A program made the position numbers and the translations under genes. Of a DNA stretch of 25,222 nt, positions 8,057 through 18,176 are shown piece after piece. Under the pieces are notes generated by a model. The model made no database searches, had not been told where the DNA came from, and saw only the letters and a program-made list of their open reading frames with translations. Location of the stretch: positions 1 through 25,222 of the IMG/VR virus record IMGVR_UViG_3300010362_000101; one strand, given 5' to 3'. This DNA comes from a virus (lineage: Duplodnaviria; Caudoviricetes). Numbering within the stretch: the stretch's first letter is position 1; each line of letters begins with the position of its first letter.

Positions 8057-8772
8057 GCTGTTTCCTCGGTGCGCACCACCACGTTGATGCCGGGCGGCGC
8101 CGCGATCGTGATGGTGACGGTGGCCACCTCGGGCTCCGGCCCCGGTCCCGGCGCCGGCTCGCCGGTGCCGGACCATGACGCGCGCAAGTCATCCTCGGTG
8201 CCGTCGAACGCATTGCAATCCACCGGCGGCGTGATGCCGGCTACCGAGCCGCTTTCAGTGAATTGCCACAGCCAATAGGAATCGAACCCGGCCGGCATTG
8301 TCGGCGCGGATGAATACTGCGCGAGCCACAACAGATAATCGCTGATCTCGGCGTTGGGCTTGCCGCCGAGCGCCTCTTTTAGAACATGCCCGCTGTAAAG
8401 CACTGGCACGTGGCCGGTTAGCTCCTCCACCTTGCGCATGAACTCCAGCGCGTCATCAAGCGACACGCCGGTATCCTCATAATCGAGCACATAGAGCGTG
8501 GCGTCATCGGCGACACCGAGCGACTCGGCTTGGCTCACGAAAAATTCCGCCTGTTGCGTGATCTTGCCGGGACGGATGAAATGGTAGAGCCCCCACAACA
8601 TGCCGGCCTGTTGGGCGAGGTAGCGGCGCGATTGCACCTTGCTGTCAACGAAACTCGTGCCCTCGGTGAGCTTGTGGATGATGCCCCACACGCCGGCATC
8701 GCGCGCCGGCAGGAGCGACTCAGGGATCGTGTTGTGGTGTGAGAGATCGATCACGCGGGTGGTGGGCATCAA
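8053..8772 (-). CDS. GH25 family muramidase (endolysin)
   Basis: VIDLSHHN, KLTEGTSFVD, GLYHF, LDYE (DxE), LWLAQY, WLWQFT and VDCN motifs of GH25. Short Pro-rich C-terminal tail. Confidence 0.92.
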   Translation of the reverse strand: MMPTTRVIDLSHHNTIPESLLPARDAGVWGIIHKLTEGTSFVDSKVQSRRYLAQQAGMLWGLYHFIRPGKITQQAEFFVSQAESLGVADDATLYVLDYEDTGVSLDDALEFMRKVEELTGHVPVLYSGHVLKEALGGKPNAEISDYLLWLAQYSSAPTMPAGFDSYWLWQFTESGSVAGITPPVDCNAFDGTEDDLRASWSGTGEPAPGPGPEPEVATVTITIAAPPGINVVVRTEETA

Positions 8773-10718
8773 CGTTTTCTCCCCTCAAGCTTGGCCACGC
8801 GCGCGGCGAGCGCATCGTTGGCCTCGGCCAATTCCCTCACGGCATTGATGAGTGCGAACACGATCGGCCCGGTGTCGAGCACGCGCATGTCGTCAAGTTG
8901 GAGATCGCCGAGCGTGACCGCTTGTTGCGACACACACTCCGGCATTACCGGCTCGGCGTCTTGCGCCACGAGCCCGATATATTGGCGCTCGGTGTCGCGC
9001 CCGGTCGCCGGCAGAAAATGATAGCTCACCGGCCGCAGCGCGCGGATCGCATCGAGCCCGGTGGTGTAGTCGGCAACGCGGTCCTTGATCCGCGCATCGG
9101 ACGGGTCAGTCCACGGGCCGCCACCGGGTTTGTAGGCTTGTGATCGAACATAGAAATTGCCGGCAGGATCGGCGCTAAAGGCATAGCTCCCGCCGCCGCC
9201 GCCGGCCGGAGTCCACCAGTAGATATTGCCGGCATTGTAGCGGAAATAATAGGACGCATTCGCCTTGATATAGAAATCACCACCCACCACCTCGATGAAC
9301 ATCGCGGCGGCGTCGCTCCCGGTGCCAAGGTAAACGCCGCCGGCATTGGCTGGTCCGGAGAGTCGCAAAGAACCGACGGAGTCGAGCGTTGCGGTATTGC
9401 CGCCCCCGACGCGCAACACCAGCGAATTGATCGATTGCACATCGACGATTTCCGCATTCACGGTGCTAGCTGCCGATAGGAATCGCAGGTGCGCATCGGT
9501 GCCGTTGTTGCTTTTCACATCTAAAATGCTGGTGAACAATCCCTGCCCGTTGCCAGTCGCGTATGCCTTGCTCGCGTTGACGTTCCACGCAAAGTTGCCG
9601 GCCGCAACGTTCATGGTGAGCGGCCCGGTCATGGTGTCGCCGGTTTTGATCAACCGTGTGTCGACGTATTGACGCGGCGCGGCCTGGAGCGCCGCCGTTG
9701 GATCACCCGCCAACACGAGCGGGCCGGTCATCGTGTCGCCGGCCCGATTCACCTTGCTGCCGATTTGCGCTGTCACCTGCGCGTCAACGTAGCCCTTGGG
9801 CGCGGCCTCAAGCGCGGCGCTCGGCGTTGCCGTCGAAAGAATCAGTGGCCCGGTCATGGTGCTGCCAGCGAGCCGCACCACCCTTTGCCACGCCTGCGAT
9901 TGGCGCCCGTAGGCAAAGCCATCGTTGGGCGCGTCGGGATACAAACCGGCCGCGCTCATCTGATCATTGAAAAATTGCAGCGTCACGGGATTGAGCGGCG
10001 CCGTTGGCGGCCCGGCGAGGGTCATCGGCCCGGTCATCGCACCGCCGGCCAGCGGCAGGAATATGCCGGTGCCGGCACCTGCCATCGCATCAACGTAGCC
10101 TTTTGTCGCCGCGTCATTCGCCGCAGCCGGCGGCCCGGCGAGCACAAGCGTGCCCGTCATGGTATCGCCCGCGCGGTTCACCCGGCCGGTGACTTGCGCT
10201 TGCACAGCGGCGTCGCCGGCATCGACATAGGCGCGCGTGGCGGCATGGTTGGCGGCGGTGGGCGGTCCGGACAACGTAAGCGGGCCGGTCATCGTGTCAC
10301 CGGCCTTGTTCACTTTTGTGGCGAGTTCGGCGTCAATGTCGATGCTCACCGCGTCAACATATTGCTTGGTGGCGGCGCCGAGCGGCACCGTGGGATCGGC
10401 GTTGAGGATGAGCGGGCCGGTCATGGTCCCGCCGGAGATGTTGAGTTTGCCGGTTGACAGATTGTTGAACAGCGCCGTGAGCGCGTCGGCTAGATTGGTC
10501 ACCCGCATCGAGTCATAGGCGAACCCGAGGCGATCAACGGCGGCGAGAATCTCGCTGGTGATGCCGTTCATCTGGCAATCGGTGAGCGTGGTGGTGCAAT
10601 CGTGCGCGACGTAGAACGGGCCGCCGCCGCTCACCGGATGCGTTGGCGTGTAGCCGTTGCAGACCTCCGGCCCCGGTGGGACGCCGCCCTGTGCCTCGGG
10701 AGGAAAAATCGCGCTCAT
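8769..10718 (-). CDS. Long tail fibre 1 with C-terminal intramolecular chaperone (peptidase S74-like)
   Basis: GAGGGG RBS before ATG 10718. Seven GxxMTG repeats. C-terminal SDARIKD...LRPVSY...IGLVAQD...LINAVREL plus coiled coil is the S74 ICD pattern. Confidence 0.9.
   Translation of the reverse strand: MSAIFPPEAQGGVPPGPEVCNGYTPTHPVSGGGPFYVAHDCTTTLTDCQMNGITSEILAAVDRLGFAYDSMRVTNLADALTALFNNLSTGKLNISGGTMTGPLILNADPTVPLGAATKQYVDAVSIDIDAELATKVNKAGDTMTGPLTLSGPPTAANHAATRAYVDAGDAAVQAQVTGRVNRAGDTMTGTLVLAGPPAAANDAATKGYVDAMAGAGTGIFLPLAGGAMTGPMTLAGPPTAPLNPVTLQFFNDQMSAAGLYPDAPNDGFAYGRQSQAWQRVVRLAGSTMTGPLILSTATPSAALEAAPKGYVDAQVTAQIGSKVNRAGDTMTGPLVLAGDPTAALQAAPRQYVDTRLIKTGDTMTGPLTMNVAAGNFAWNVNASKAYATGNGQGLFTSILDVKSNNGTDAHLRFLSAASTVNAEIVDVQSINSLVLRVGGGNTATLDSVGSLRLSGPANAGGVYLGTGSDAAAMFIEVVGGDFYIKANASYYFRYNAGNIYWWTPAGGGGGSYAFSADPAGNFYVRSQAYKPGGGPWTDPSDARIKDRVADYTTGLDAIRALRPVSYHFLPATGRDTERQYIGLVAQDAEPVMPECVSQQAVTLGDLQLDDMRVLDTGPIVFALINAVRELAEANDALAARVAKLEGRKR
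9612..10448 (-). repeat. Seven tandem fibre-shaft repeats (KVNRAGDTMTGPLxLxxxPT...AAxKxYVDA)
   Basis: Visible in both the translation and the DNA (recurring GGCCCGGTCAT / GGGCCGGTCAT on the + strand). Confidence 0.85.
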
Positions 10719-10737
10719 CAGCGAGCCCCTCGCCAAA

Positions 10738-10758
10738 CGGGTGAGCGCACCATACCCG
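10738..10758 (-). promoter_or_regulatory. Late-gene box CGGGTA-N8-TCACCCG upstream of fibre 1
   Basis: The same 21-bp architecture recurs at 23064-23084 and 24068-24088. Confidence 0.55.
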
Positions 10759-10778
10759 AACGGGTAGTAGCTGGAAAG

Positions 10779-11675
10779 TCACACGATGCAATTAGCGGGG
10801 TCTCGCTCGTAAACGCAGGCGAGGATTTGTTGCGGCAGGATGCGCGGCAACAGCCATTTGAACGCCTCATATAGCTCCGGATCGTGCGGGAGCACGGCCG
10901 GATTGGGCGGCAGATTGCAGTTGTCGGGGAGCCGGATATCGGCGGGTGATAGGATGAAATTCAAAGACAGCGGCGGCGACGGGCTACAGGCCACCATGCG
11001 CATGAGCGGCTGATTATCGGAGGGTGAGGGCGGACAGGTAACGGGCTCGGGACACTGCGGCCGATCGCGTGCCATGGTCCACCAGCCGAGCGGCCCGCAA
11101 TTCATATCGCCGGCATCGCGCACGATAAAATCAACGCCGAACGCCGCCGCCAATTCCTTGAGGAGCGCCATGTTGATGATCTCGTGCGGCAGGCGCACGA
11201 ACAGGCACACCAGGATGGCGAGCACGTTGTCGCTAAACGGCGCGCTGCACGGCTCGGGGAGGCCGATGCCGAACCGCGCGGCCCACCGGCGCACGGTCTC
11301 CTCGGCGGTACATGGATCGAGTTCGCGCAGCATGCTGCACAACGCAACCACGGCGCCGTAGGCGACGGCCGAGAACGAGTCGACCACGGCAAGCTGCGGC
11401 GCCGCCGGCAGGTCCTCACACGGGATGATGTCGGCGCAACATCCGCCGAGCACGAGTTGCTCACAGCCGACGCGCGCGCATCCGATGGTGATCGCCCCCT
11501 GATTTACCGGCGGTGTGCGCGTGGCCGGCCGCGTGTTGTTCCACGGCTCGCCCTCAGGGAGGAGCGAGCGCACTTGGCAAATGAATTCGTCGGTATCGAT
11601 CGCGCATGGCGACGGCCCGCAACAGGCGTCACGCTCGTAGCACTTGATCGGCGCGATGTCGGGTCCGCTTGTCAT
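10779..11675 (-). CDS. Baseplate wedge protein, Mu gp48/YmfQ-like, very Cys-rich
   Basis: SLLPEGEPW...RELDPCTAEETVRRWAARFG...PEPC resembles YmfQ/gp48. Lies between the gp47-like gene and the fibre gene. 21 Cys in 298 aa. Confidence 0.75.
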   Translation of the reverse strand: MTSGPDIAPIKCYERDACCGPSPCAIDTDEFICQVRSLLPEGEPWNNTRPATRTPPVNQGAITIGCARVGCEQLVLGGCCADIIPCEDLPAAPQLAVVDSFSAVAYGAVVALCSMLRELDPCTAEETVRRWAARFGIGLPEPCSAPFSDNVLAILVCLFVRLPHEIINMALLKELAAAFGVDFIVRDAGDMNCGPLGWWTMARDRPQCPEPVTCPPSPSDNQPLMRMVACSPSPPLSLNFILSPADIRLPDNCNLPPNPAVLPHDPELYEAFKWLLPRILPQQILACVYERDPANCIV

Positions 11676-12865
11676 TGATAGGTCGGGATCAGTTGCACAT
11701 CATTGACCACGAGAAAATGACCACACGCGAGATAGGCATAGGCCGCATCCTGGCGCCACAGGCTCGAATCGAATTCGAGCACCACGGTGGAGAAACACGC
11801 ATCCGGTCCCACGGCGGCATAAGCCGCGGCGCGCAATTGTTCCTTGCAGATGCGCGAGCCCACGCACGTGGTGGCGCGGATGAGCGTGCGCAGTGCCGTC
11901 ATGATCCGATCCTCGGCACTGGCCGGACACCCTTGGAAACAATACGCCTTGACGGTGACAAATGTGGGCAAGGCGGCGGCAAACTGGCCGGTGACGCCGA
12001 ACGGCGCGAGCCCCTCGCCGTGGCCGCGGTTCACGCCAAACAGCCACTCGGTCATCTCGCACAGCACCTCGCCGGGCGGCACGCCATAGGGTGCGGTAAC
12101 GGCATCACCATAAACGCCTTCCATAAACGGGTAGATGAGCACATGCGACGGATCGCAACACCCCTCGCAATCATCGAAGCATGCGCGCGTCACACCGGGA
12201 TAGCTCAACGCCTGTTGCAAATACCACTTGCCGTTTGTCGAGATCACGCCGCTCGACTCGCTCTGGATGATGCGCGCGCGCAGCATCTCGCAAGTTTCAT
12301 CGCTGGTGCCGCCGATGAGCCCGTTGCCCACCACCGTGGCGGCAATGTCAATGCCGGGGAACGTGGTGGCCACCGTGAGCGAGGAGCCGGCCGGCAGATC
12401 GAACTCGGCGCCGGGGAGCGTCGCCACCACGCGCAGCACGGCGCCACCGCTCGCATCAAGCGCGGTCGGATTGAACGTCACCGCCGGATCGAGCTTGTAT
12501 TCACGCGAGGCGGCGCCGACGAACCGAATGGTGGCGGAGATCGGCGAGTTAGGCGTGCCGGTGATCGCAACATAGCCTTTCGAGCGGGTAGCACCGCGCA
12601 GGTTGTAGCCTCGCCGCGCGCCGTAGACCACGAGATTATCGCAACACATGGTGGTCGGATCGTTCTCGCGTAGCGCCTGCGTGACGAATCCGTGCATGAG
12701 ATTGGCGGTGCCGGCCATCACGAACGAAAGCACGTCCTCGGCGGACAGCGGGAGCACCGGCGCGCCGCCGAGCAACCGCTTTGAGAGTTCGGTTGCGACC
12801 TGTTGCTGTAGCGTCGCGATGTCCGGACGCGGCAACACGCAATCGATCGAGGTGATGACTGTCAT
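11672..12865 (-). CDS. Baseplate J-like wedge protein (Mu gp47-like)
   Basis: RGATRSKGYVAITGT, GLIGGTSDETCEMLRARI and WYLQQALSYPGVTRA patterns, plus synteny. Confidence 0.88.
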   Translation of the reverse strand: MTVITSIDCVLPRPDIATLQQQVATELSKRLLGGAPVLPLSAEDVLSFVMAGTANLMHGFVTQALRENDPTTMCCDNLVVYGARRGYNLRGATRSKGYVAITGTPNSPISATIRFVGAASREYKLDPAVTFNPTALDASGGAVLRVVATLPGAEFDLPAGSSLTVATTFPGIDIAATVVGNGLIGGTSDETCEMLRARIIQSESSGVISTNGKWYLQQALSYPGVTRACFDDCEGCCDPSHVLIYPFMEGVYGDAVTAPYGVPPGEVLCEMTEWLFGVNRGHGEGLAPFGVTGQFAAALPTFVTVKAYCFQGCPASAEDRIMTALRTLIRATTCVGSRICKEQLRAAAYAAVGPDACFSTVVLEFDSSLWRQDAAYAYLACGHFLVVNDVQLIPTYQ

Positions 12866-13452
12866 GGCTTATACTCGCTCCACAACCATCCTTTGGCCGG
12901 CACGATCTCGCCTTGAAACATGAACGATGCCGGCGCCACCGGCGTCCCCGCCCCGCCGGGGATCGCTACGGTGACGCGCAGGCGCATAACGAACCGCGAG
13001 ATGTAAAGCGCGTCAACCGTTAACCTGGACGCCACGCCCCACGCGAGGAGAAATTGGAGCGCCTCCAGCGCATAGGCTCGCGCCTTGACCAGCGTGTCAT
13101 TCGTCACCGACGACCATTGCAACGACCACAGTTTAGAGCCCGAGCGGAATCGATCGGAGCGGAACGAGTCGGCCCACCATCCGCCGTCGCGTTTGCCAAG
13201 CGGATTCTCCTGGCACGACACCTCGCCGCGGGTGAACAATTGCGTGGCTATCCATCCCTCGATCCAGTGCGAGCGATCGAGCGTCCCGGCATTCGTCACC
13301 CGCCAGTTGGGATCGCCGCACCCGAGGAGATCGCAATAGCTCACGGCGCATGTCGGGATGAGCCGCGCCGAGATGCCGGGCTGCGACAGCGGATAGATCG
13401 GCGTTTTACATCGCTTGGGCGGCGGCGCGCACGGGTTGATCATCGTTGTCAT
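12862..13452 (-). CDS. Mu gp46-like baseplate/sheath-initiator protein
   Basis: QLFT...GGWWADSF...GSKLWSL...ARAYALEALQFLL is the gp46 pattern. Confidence 0.85.
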   Translation of the reverse strand: MTTMINPCAPPPKRCKTPIYPLSQPGISARLIPTCAVSYCDLLGCGDPNWRVTNAGTLDRSHWIEGWIATQLFTRGEVSCQENPLGKRDGGWWADSFRSDRFRSGSKLWSLQWSSVTNDTLVKARAYALEALQFLLAWGVASRLTVDALYISRFVMRLRVTVAIPGGAGTPVAPASFMFQGEIVPAKGWLWSEYKP

Positions 13453-13453
13453 G

Positions 13454-15817
13454 TCATCCTCGCACTATTCCGCTAACCGCCGCGTATTGCGTCATGGTGC
13501 CGGCGGCAACACCGTGAGCGGGTGAAGCGAAATGATAACCCTCGGCGAACGCGGCGGCATAGGCAAGGCTCACCGCACCCCACGCATTCGCGGTGAACGG
13601 CGTGAAATACGACGCTACAACACCGGCACTGATCGCCGCTCCATCAAGCCAAAAGAAATTATAAACCGCGCTCACCTGCGCCGAATTCGAGCAAAAACCG
13701 CTTATCACAAGCTGCACCGCCTCGGTCCCCCACGCCAGGAATTCGACGCGCGCCGCGGCGGTGGTCTCAACCGTCGCGGTTGATCCACTCCCGGCGCCGC
13801 CCGTGTTGGCGCCGAGGAGCGCAAGGCTTTGGCGATTGAACCAAGACAGGCAAAATTGCTGCCTGACATTCGCGGCAAATTGTCCGCTCGCGTCGGTGCG
13901 CACCATGCCGATGAGTGACCAGCCGTCATTGCCGGCGAGAATTTCGGTGCCGACGTTACCGGCCGTCTGCGATGCCGCGTGACCATTGACGAGGGTAAAG
14001 AATGCGGGAGTTAAACCTTGGTTGAGGCAAACGAGATAAACCGTGTTCGCCGCAAGATTCTGGCCGGCCGCGCCGCCAACATTGACATTTGTGTTGGCAA
14101 TGTTCACGCCGGCCGCCGGAATAGCAACCCACAAACCTTGCACTCTGATGCGATCGCCGTTGTACGGCACGAATCTGATTTGCGTGGGGCTTACGTAGAT
14201 CAGCCGCCCGCACGGACCATAGGCCGGCTTGTTGGCATCGCTGGTGTTGTCGACGTTGCCGAGCCCTAGCGTGGTTCGCATCGCCGCGGTGGTGGTGTCG
14301 TCCAGCAAGTTACGCGCCGCTGGCGTGCAAACGATCTCCTCGATCGTGCCGGCGCCGGCCGAGGCGCGGCCGAGAATGCGATCGGTGGCGGTGACGTTCT
14401 GAATCTTGGGATACGTCACCGCCTGCGGATCGATCGTCCAGACGGTGCCGCCACCCGACACCGTGATGTCACCTTTGTCGCCGTCGCTGATGCCCGGTCC
14501 CGGCGGCCCCTGTGGCCCCGGCTCACCTTGCGGTCCCGGCGGCCCGATGTTGCCCTGCGGTCCGATCGGCCCTTGTGCGCCCGGCGGTCCTTGGATCGAG
14601 CCGCCAGAAACCCATTCGGTGCCGTCGTAAATCCATAGGCTATCGTCCTCCTGGACAATGAAGGCATCACCCTGTGCCGCCGTCGCCGGCAGATCGGCCT
14701 CGGTTGGCACCGAGCCGCGCATGGTGATGCCGGTGCCGGCCGCGCCCTGCGGCCCTTGCTCACCCTGCGGCCCCTGCGGCCCTTCCGGGCCAGTGGCGCC
14801 GGTGGCGCCGGTGTCACCCTTTGGCCCCGGTGGGCCGGTGGCACCAGTGGCGCCCGGCGGCCCTTGCGCGCCGGGCAATCCCTGCGCTCCCGTGTCACCC
14901 TTAGGCCCTTGCGGTCCGATGAGGCCCTGCGGCCCGGCCGGCCCCTGTGGTCCTTGCGGCCCCGGTGGTCCCGGCGGTCCCGGCGGTCCCGGCTCGCCAC
15001 CGCCGCCGCCCTCCTCTAGCGCCGCCACCCGTGCGCCGATGTCGAGCAAGCTCACCTTGCCCGGCTGGCCGCTTGCGCCCCACTCCTGCGAGCCGTCCGG
15101 ATGCCCGGCCGTGCCGGCGCGTGCGCCGGGCGGTGTTACGGTTGCCCCGCCACCGGCGACGTGATCGGTCGCGTGTTCGGTGCCGTTGGTGTAGGTGTCG
15201 CCGTCGCGATAGGTGGTGCCCTTGCGAACGTGTTTCGCCGCCTCGAATTGCGTATTCTGGCCGGCCTTGATGTCGAAATTTGCCTGTGTCGAAAACCCTT
15301 GCCCCTTGTCCGCATTGCCTTGAAACGTGTCCTTGGTTTGCGATGAGATTGGCAGATCATCGGCGTTGGTGTGGATGCCCTCTTTGCTTTCGCTCTGTTC
15401 CTGGCCATCACCCTCGCGGCCCTGGCCGCCACCGCCACCGCCGCCTTGATCCTGTTGTGGCTTCTTGTAGACGCGCACAAATTTTTTCTTGTCACCCGGC
15501 GAGTAGAGGATCGACTCGCCCTCCTCGATTTTCGGATGGTGCTCGCGGTCGCCGATCACCCAACAGATCACGCGGCGCGAGGGATCGCCGCCGACATCCA
15601 TGGTGAGGACTTCGGCCTTATCGGCCGGCTTGACGCGGCCGAGGAATCCCACCGGGTGGAGCCAATCGAGCCGATCGTTCTCGATCTCCACGCCGGTTTT
15701 GATTCTCGCCTGGAGAATTTTCTTGTCGTAATAGGTTTTCAGCAGGTAGCCGCGGCGTAGGATGTTCCTCACCTTGTGCTGGAGGAACCGCATGTGCTCC
15801 CAATTGTTGGTTGTCAT
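13454..15817 (-). CDS. Mu gp45-like central spike fused to collagen-like shaft and fibre/receptor-binding domains
   Basis: The N-terminal ~110 aa resemble the gp45 OB-fold (HPVGF...AEV...VGGDPSR...DREH...EEGESILYS), and the gene sits in the gp45 slot between gp44 and gp46. Gly-X-Y tracts and fibre motifs ([15 protein letters not shown]) follow. Confidence 0.8.
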   Translation of the reverse strand: MTTNNWEHMRFLQHKVRNILRRGYLLKTYYDKKILQARIKTGVEIENDRLDWLHPVGFLGRVKPADKAEVLTMDVGGDPSRRVICWVIGDREHHPKIEEGESILYSPGDKKKFVRVYKKPQQDQGGGGGGGQGREGDGQEQSESKEGIHTNADDLPISSQTKDTFQGNADKGQGFSTQANFDIKAGQNTQFEAAKHVRKGTTYRDGDTYTNGTEHATDHVAGGGATVTPPGARAGTAGHPDGSQEWGASGQPGKVSLLDIGARVAALEEGGGGGEPGPPGPPGPPGPQGPQGPAGPQGLIGPQGPKGDTGAQGLPGAQGPPGATGATGPPGPKGDTGATGATGPEGPQGPQGEQGPQGAAGTGITMRGSVPTEADLPATAAQGDAFIVQEDDSLWIYDGTEWVSGGSIQGPPGAQGPIGPQGNIGPPGPQGEPGPQGPPGPGISDGDKGDITVSGGGTVWTIDPQAVTYPKIQNVTATDRILGRASAGAGTIEEIVCTPAARNLLDDTTTAAMRTTLGLGNVDNTSDANKPAYGPCGRLIYVSPTQIRFVPYNGDRIRVQGLWVAIPAAGVNIANTNVNVGGAAGQNLAANTVYLVCLNQGLTPAFFTLVNGHAASQTAGNVGTEILAGNDGWSLIGMVRTDASGQFAANVRQQFCLSWFNRQSLALLGANTGGAGSGSTATVETTAAARVEFLAWGTEAVQLVISGFCSNSAQVSAVYNFFWLDGAAISAGVVASYFTPFTANAWGAVSLAYAAAFAEGYHFASPAHGVAAGTMTQYAAVSGIVRG
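14492..14998 (-). repeat. Two collagen-like tracts: (Gly-X-Y)29 at 14738-14998 and (Gly-X-Y)11 at 14492-14590
   Basis: Counted from the translation. The tracts are separated by a ~49-aa globular knob ([10 protein letters not shown]...GDAFIV...LWIYDGTEW). Confidence 0.9.
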
Positions 15818-16935
15818 GCGGTGCCCCCGCTGATGCCGCCGGAGAATTTGGACGACTTGCCGCCGGCCGACTTGCCGCTGTCCTTGCCGGCCCCACCCTC
15901 ATCTCCGAACGATTCCTTGGGAACCAACGTGACCTTGGCGCGCCGCTCATCCACGGTGAGCGTGAACGTCACCGATGAAATCTGGAGGTCATCATCTACC
16001 TGATCCACCGGAATGCTCACGTGGTGCATGCGCCCGACTTTCCAAAGCTGGCCGCCGTCATCGGTCCACGTGCTCATCGTCAACTCGACATTGAGCCCCT
16101 GCGCCTTGCGGCGCCGCGCCTCGGTGATGGCGCGCTTTTTGAGTGTCTCTTTGTCGTGATCCGAGTCGATCAGGATGCGCAACAGCCGCTTGTGTTTTAC
16201 GTACTCATCGATCGCCTCGCCGGCCAACTCCTCGGCATCCTTGCCGTATTTTTCATCGGTCGGCACCGCGTTGCCTTTGGTTTTGACCTTGGACATGCGC
16301 GGGGAGATGTCGCGCTTTACGCTCCACTCCACGAAATTGCGGCCGAGCATGAGCGGCATGCCGGTGCCCTCATCGTCCCCCTTTTTCTGGAGCACAACGT
16401 CACCTTGCTCGTTCTCGGTAAAATTCAACCCGAACTCGCGCGTGGCGCGACGCATCGCGCGCTCCACCGACTCGCCCTCATCGATGATGAACCGTTCGAG
16501 TTGCCGGCTGTAGCCGGATTTGTCGACAAGCTTGGGCTCGTAACCCTCCATCAGCTTCTTGCAGATGTCCGGCGGACTTTTCTTGTTTTCCTGGCCACTC
16601 TCGTGGTCGGAGTGCGAGTCCACGATCGATGAGGCGAGGCCGCGAAACGAGAGATCGAGCTTGAATGACGTTGGCGTGCCGTTGGAGGTGCGCGTGTCAA
16701 TGCGGAACGTTGCGGCTAGCTGGCCGTCAAGGATCATCGTGCCCCTGGCTCCATCCACCAACTCCTGAGCCGGCGGCGACTGCGCGTTGAATTGCTCGGC
16801 GCCCGGCCACGAGAGAACGATGGTGCCGCTACAGGTCGCATCGGTTTTTGAGCGCGTGAGCGTGAGCGAGAGAAAGCGATCATAACGCTGTCCCCCTACC
16901 TCCACGATGGCGGTGCCGGCACCCTCGTTTGCCAT
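15814..16935 (-). CDS. Baseplate hub protein (Mu gp44/P-like)
   Basis: [27 protein letters not shown]...LMLGRN and [12 protein letters not shown] patterns, plus synteny. Confidence 0.85.
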   Translation of the reverse strand: MANEGAGTAIVEVGGQRYDRFLSLTLTRSKTDATCSGTIVLSWPGAEQFNAQSPPAQELVDGARGTMILDGQLAATFRIDTRTSNGTPTSFKLDLSFRGLASSIVDSHSDHESGQENKKSPPDICKKLMEGYEPKLVDKSGYSRQLERFIIDEGESVERAMRRATREFGLNFTENEQGDVVLQKKGDDEGTGMPLMLGRNFVEWSVKRDISPRMSKVKTKGNAVPTDEKYGKDAEELAGEAIDEYVKHKRLLRILIDSDHDKETLKKRAITEARRRKAQGLNVELTMSTWTDDGGQLWKVGRMHHVSIPVDQVDDDLQISSVTFTLTVDERRAKVTLVPKESFGDEGGAGKDSGKSAGGKSSKFSGGISGGTA

Positions 16936-16939
16936 GGCC

Positions 16940-18172
16940 TCACGCTGCTGGTCCGATCACGTCGCGGCCGATGAAAAACGGCGGCATGCTGGCGTTGTAA
17001 TTTTCCACGTCACCGTAGCGCCGGCCATCGGCATAGAGTTTCTGTGCCACCACGAGCGACGGCCAAATGCCTTGCGCACCGCCGGTCTCAACCACCGCCG
17101 GCAGATTGAGCGCCTGCCCGAGGATCGTTGATGCTGCGCTGGCGCGCGCAGTGCGAATCGCGTTCACCAGCACATCATCACAGCGTTCGGTGGCAACGCG
17201 CTCCTCATCGTCATACACCGCCATGATGAAATCGAGATCGGCCATTGCCTCAACGGCGGTTTTGTAATTGGTTTGCGCGGCAGTGAGCGCGTAGTCGCGA
17301 ATCATGGCGAGCCGCGTGGTGACGATCAGCGACTCCACGCTCGGCGTGCCGTCGCTCCTGTCGACCACATAGGCATTGAACTCGCGCAGGCGGCGGAGCG
17401 CATCAAGATGGATGCGCCGCACGGTGGCAGTGCCGTTGTCGATCGGGTCCGCGGCGTCGGAAAATGTCGGGTACGGGAGCGGCAACATTGTCTCGGACGG
17501 CAACGCCACGGTCATGGGCACGCCGAGCACGAGATTGCGCGGCTGGAGCGGCTCCGGCTCCACCGTGGGGAACAGCGTCAACGGATCGCCGCGCTCCAGC
17601 ATGGAGATCGCATCAAACGAGTCCTCATCGATTGCCGGCTCAATCTGGCGCGCCAGATTGTTGGAGATCGCGCGCGTGGTGTCGGTAACGGCCGGCGTAG
17701 GCGTCCAGGTCGCCCGCTGTTTCGATGCCGACACCGCGTCCGAGCCCGCGGTGAACAGCGCCGAGATCGCGGCGCCGATCACGAACGGCGCCATTGACGG
17801 ATTGGCTTCTACGAACTCGAACGATAGCTTGGTGCGACGCCGTTCCTTGCGATACTGCGCCGAGGTGGTGAGCTTCACGCACGCGACAAGCTGTGACCCG
17901 TACATCGGGTGCATCAGCATGCCGGGCTCGGGGGACTCCGCCGCCGTCGCCATGGCGACGGTTTGCGCCACCTGATCGGCGCCGATCAGGTAGCCTTCGA
18001 CCTGGAATTTGCGCGCCTTGCGGCCGAGGTCCTTGTAGCCGGTGTCATTGGACAACGGATATTCGTAGAGATCGCCGCGCCGGCCGAAATCGTCATCCGA
18101 CGACTCGACGTGGAATGGCACGCCTTTCCAGGAGGCCGCGAGATAGACGGGATCGCCGCAATCGATTGCCAT
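16940..18172 (-). CDS. DNA circularization / tail tube initiator protein (Mu gp43/N-like)
   Basis: ASWKGVPFHVE...GRRGDLYEYP...DLGRKARKF...GMLMHPMYG is the DNA_circ_N pattern. C-terminal PSLVVAQKLYAD. Confidence 0.9.
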   Translation of the reverse strand: MAIDCGDPVYLAASWKGVPFHVESSDDDFGRRGDLYEYPLSNDTGYKDLGRKARKFQVEGYLIGADQVAQTVAMATAAESPEPGMLMHPMYGSQLVACVKLTTSAQYRKERRRTKLSFEFVEANPSMAPFVIGAAISALFTAGSDAVSASKQRATWTPTPAVTDTTRAISNNLARQIEPAIDEDSFDAISMLERGDPLTLFPTVEPEPLQPRNLVLGVPMTVALPSETMLPLPYPTFSDAADPIDNGTATVRRIHLDALRRLREFNAYVVDRSDGTPSVESLIVTTRLAMIRDYALTAAQTNYKTAVEAMADLDFIMAVYDDEERVATERCDDVLVNAIRTARASAASTILGQALNLPAVVETGGAQGIWPSLVVAQKLYADGRRYGDVENYNASMPPFFIGRDVIGPAA

Positions 18173-18176
18173 GGTT

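Noticed and set aside
9612-10448. CRISPR-like or DGR template/variable repeat interpretation of repeated DNA
   Set aside because: The repeats are in-frame protein repeats with codon-level divergence. There are no constant repeat-spacer units, no adenine-specific repeat pair was noticed, and no reverse transcriptase is in the window.
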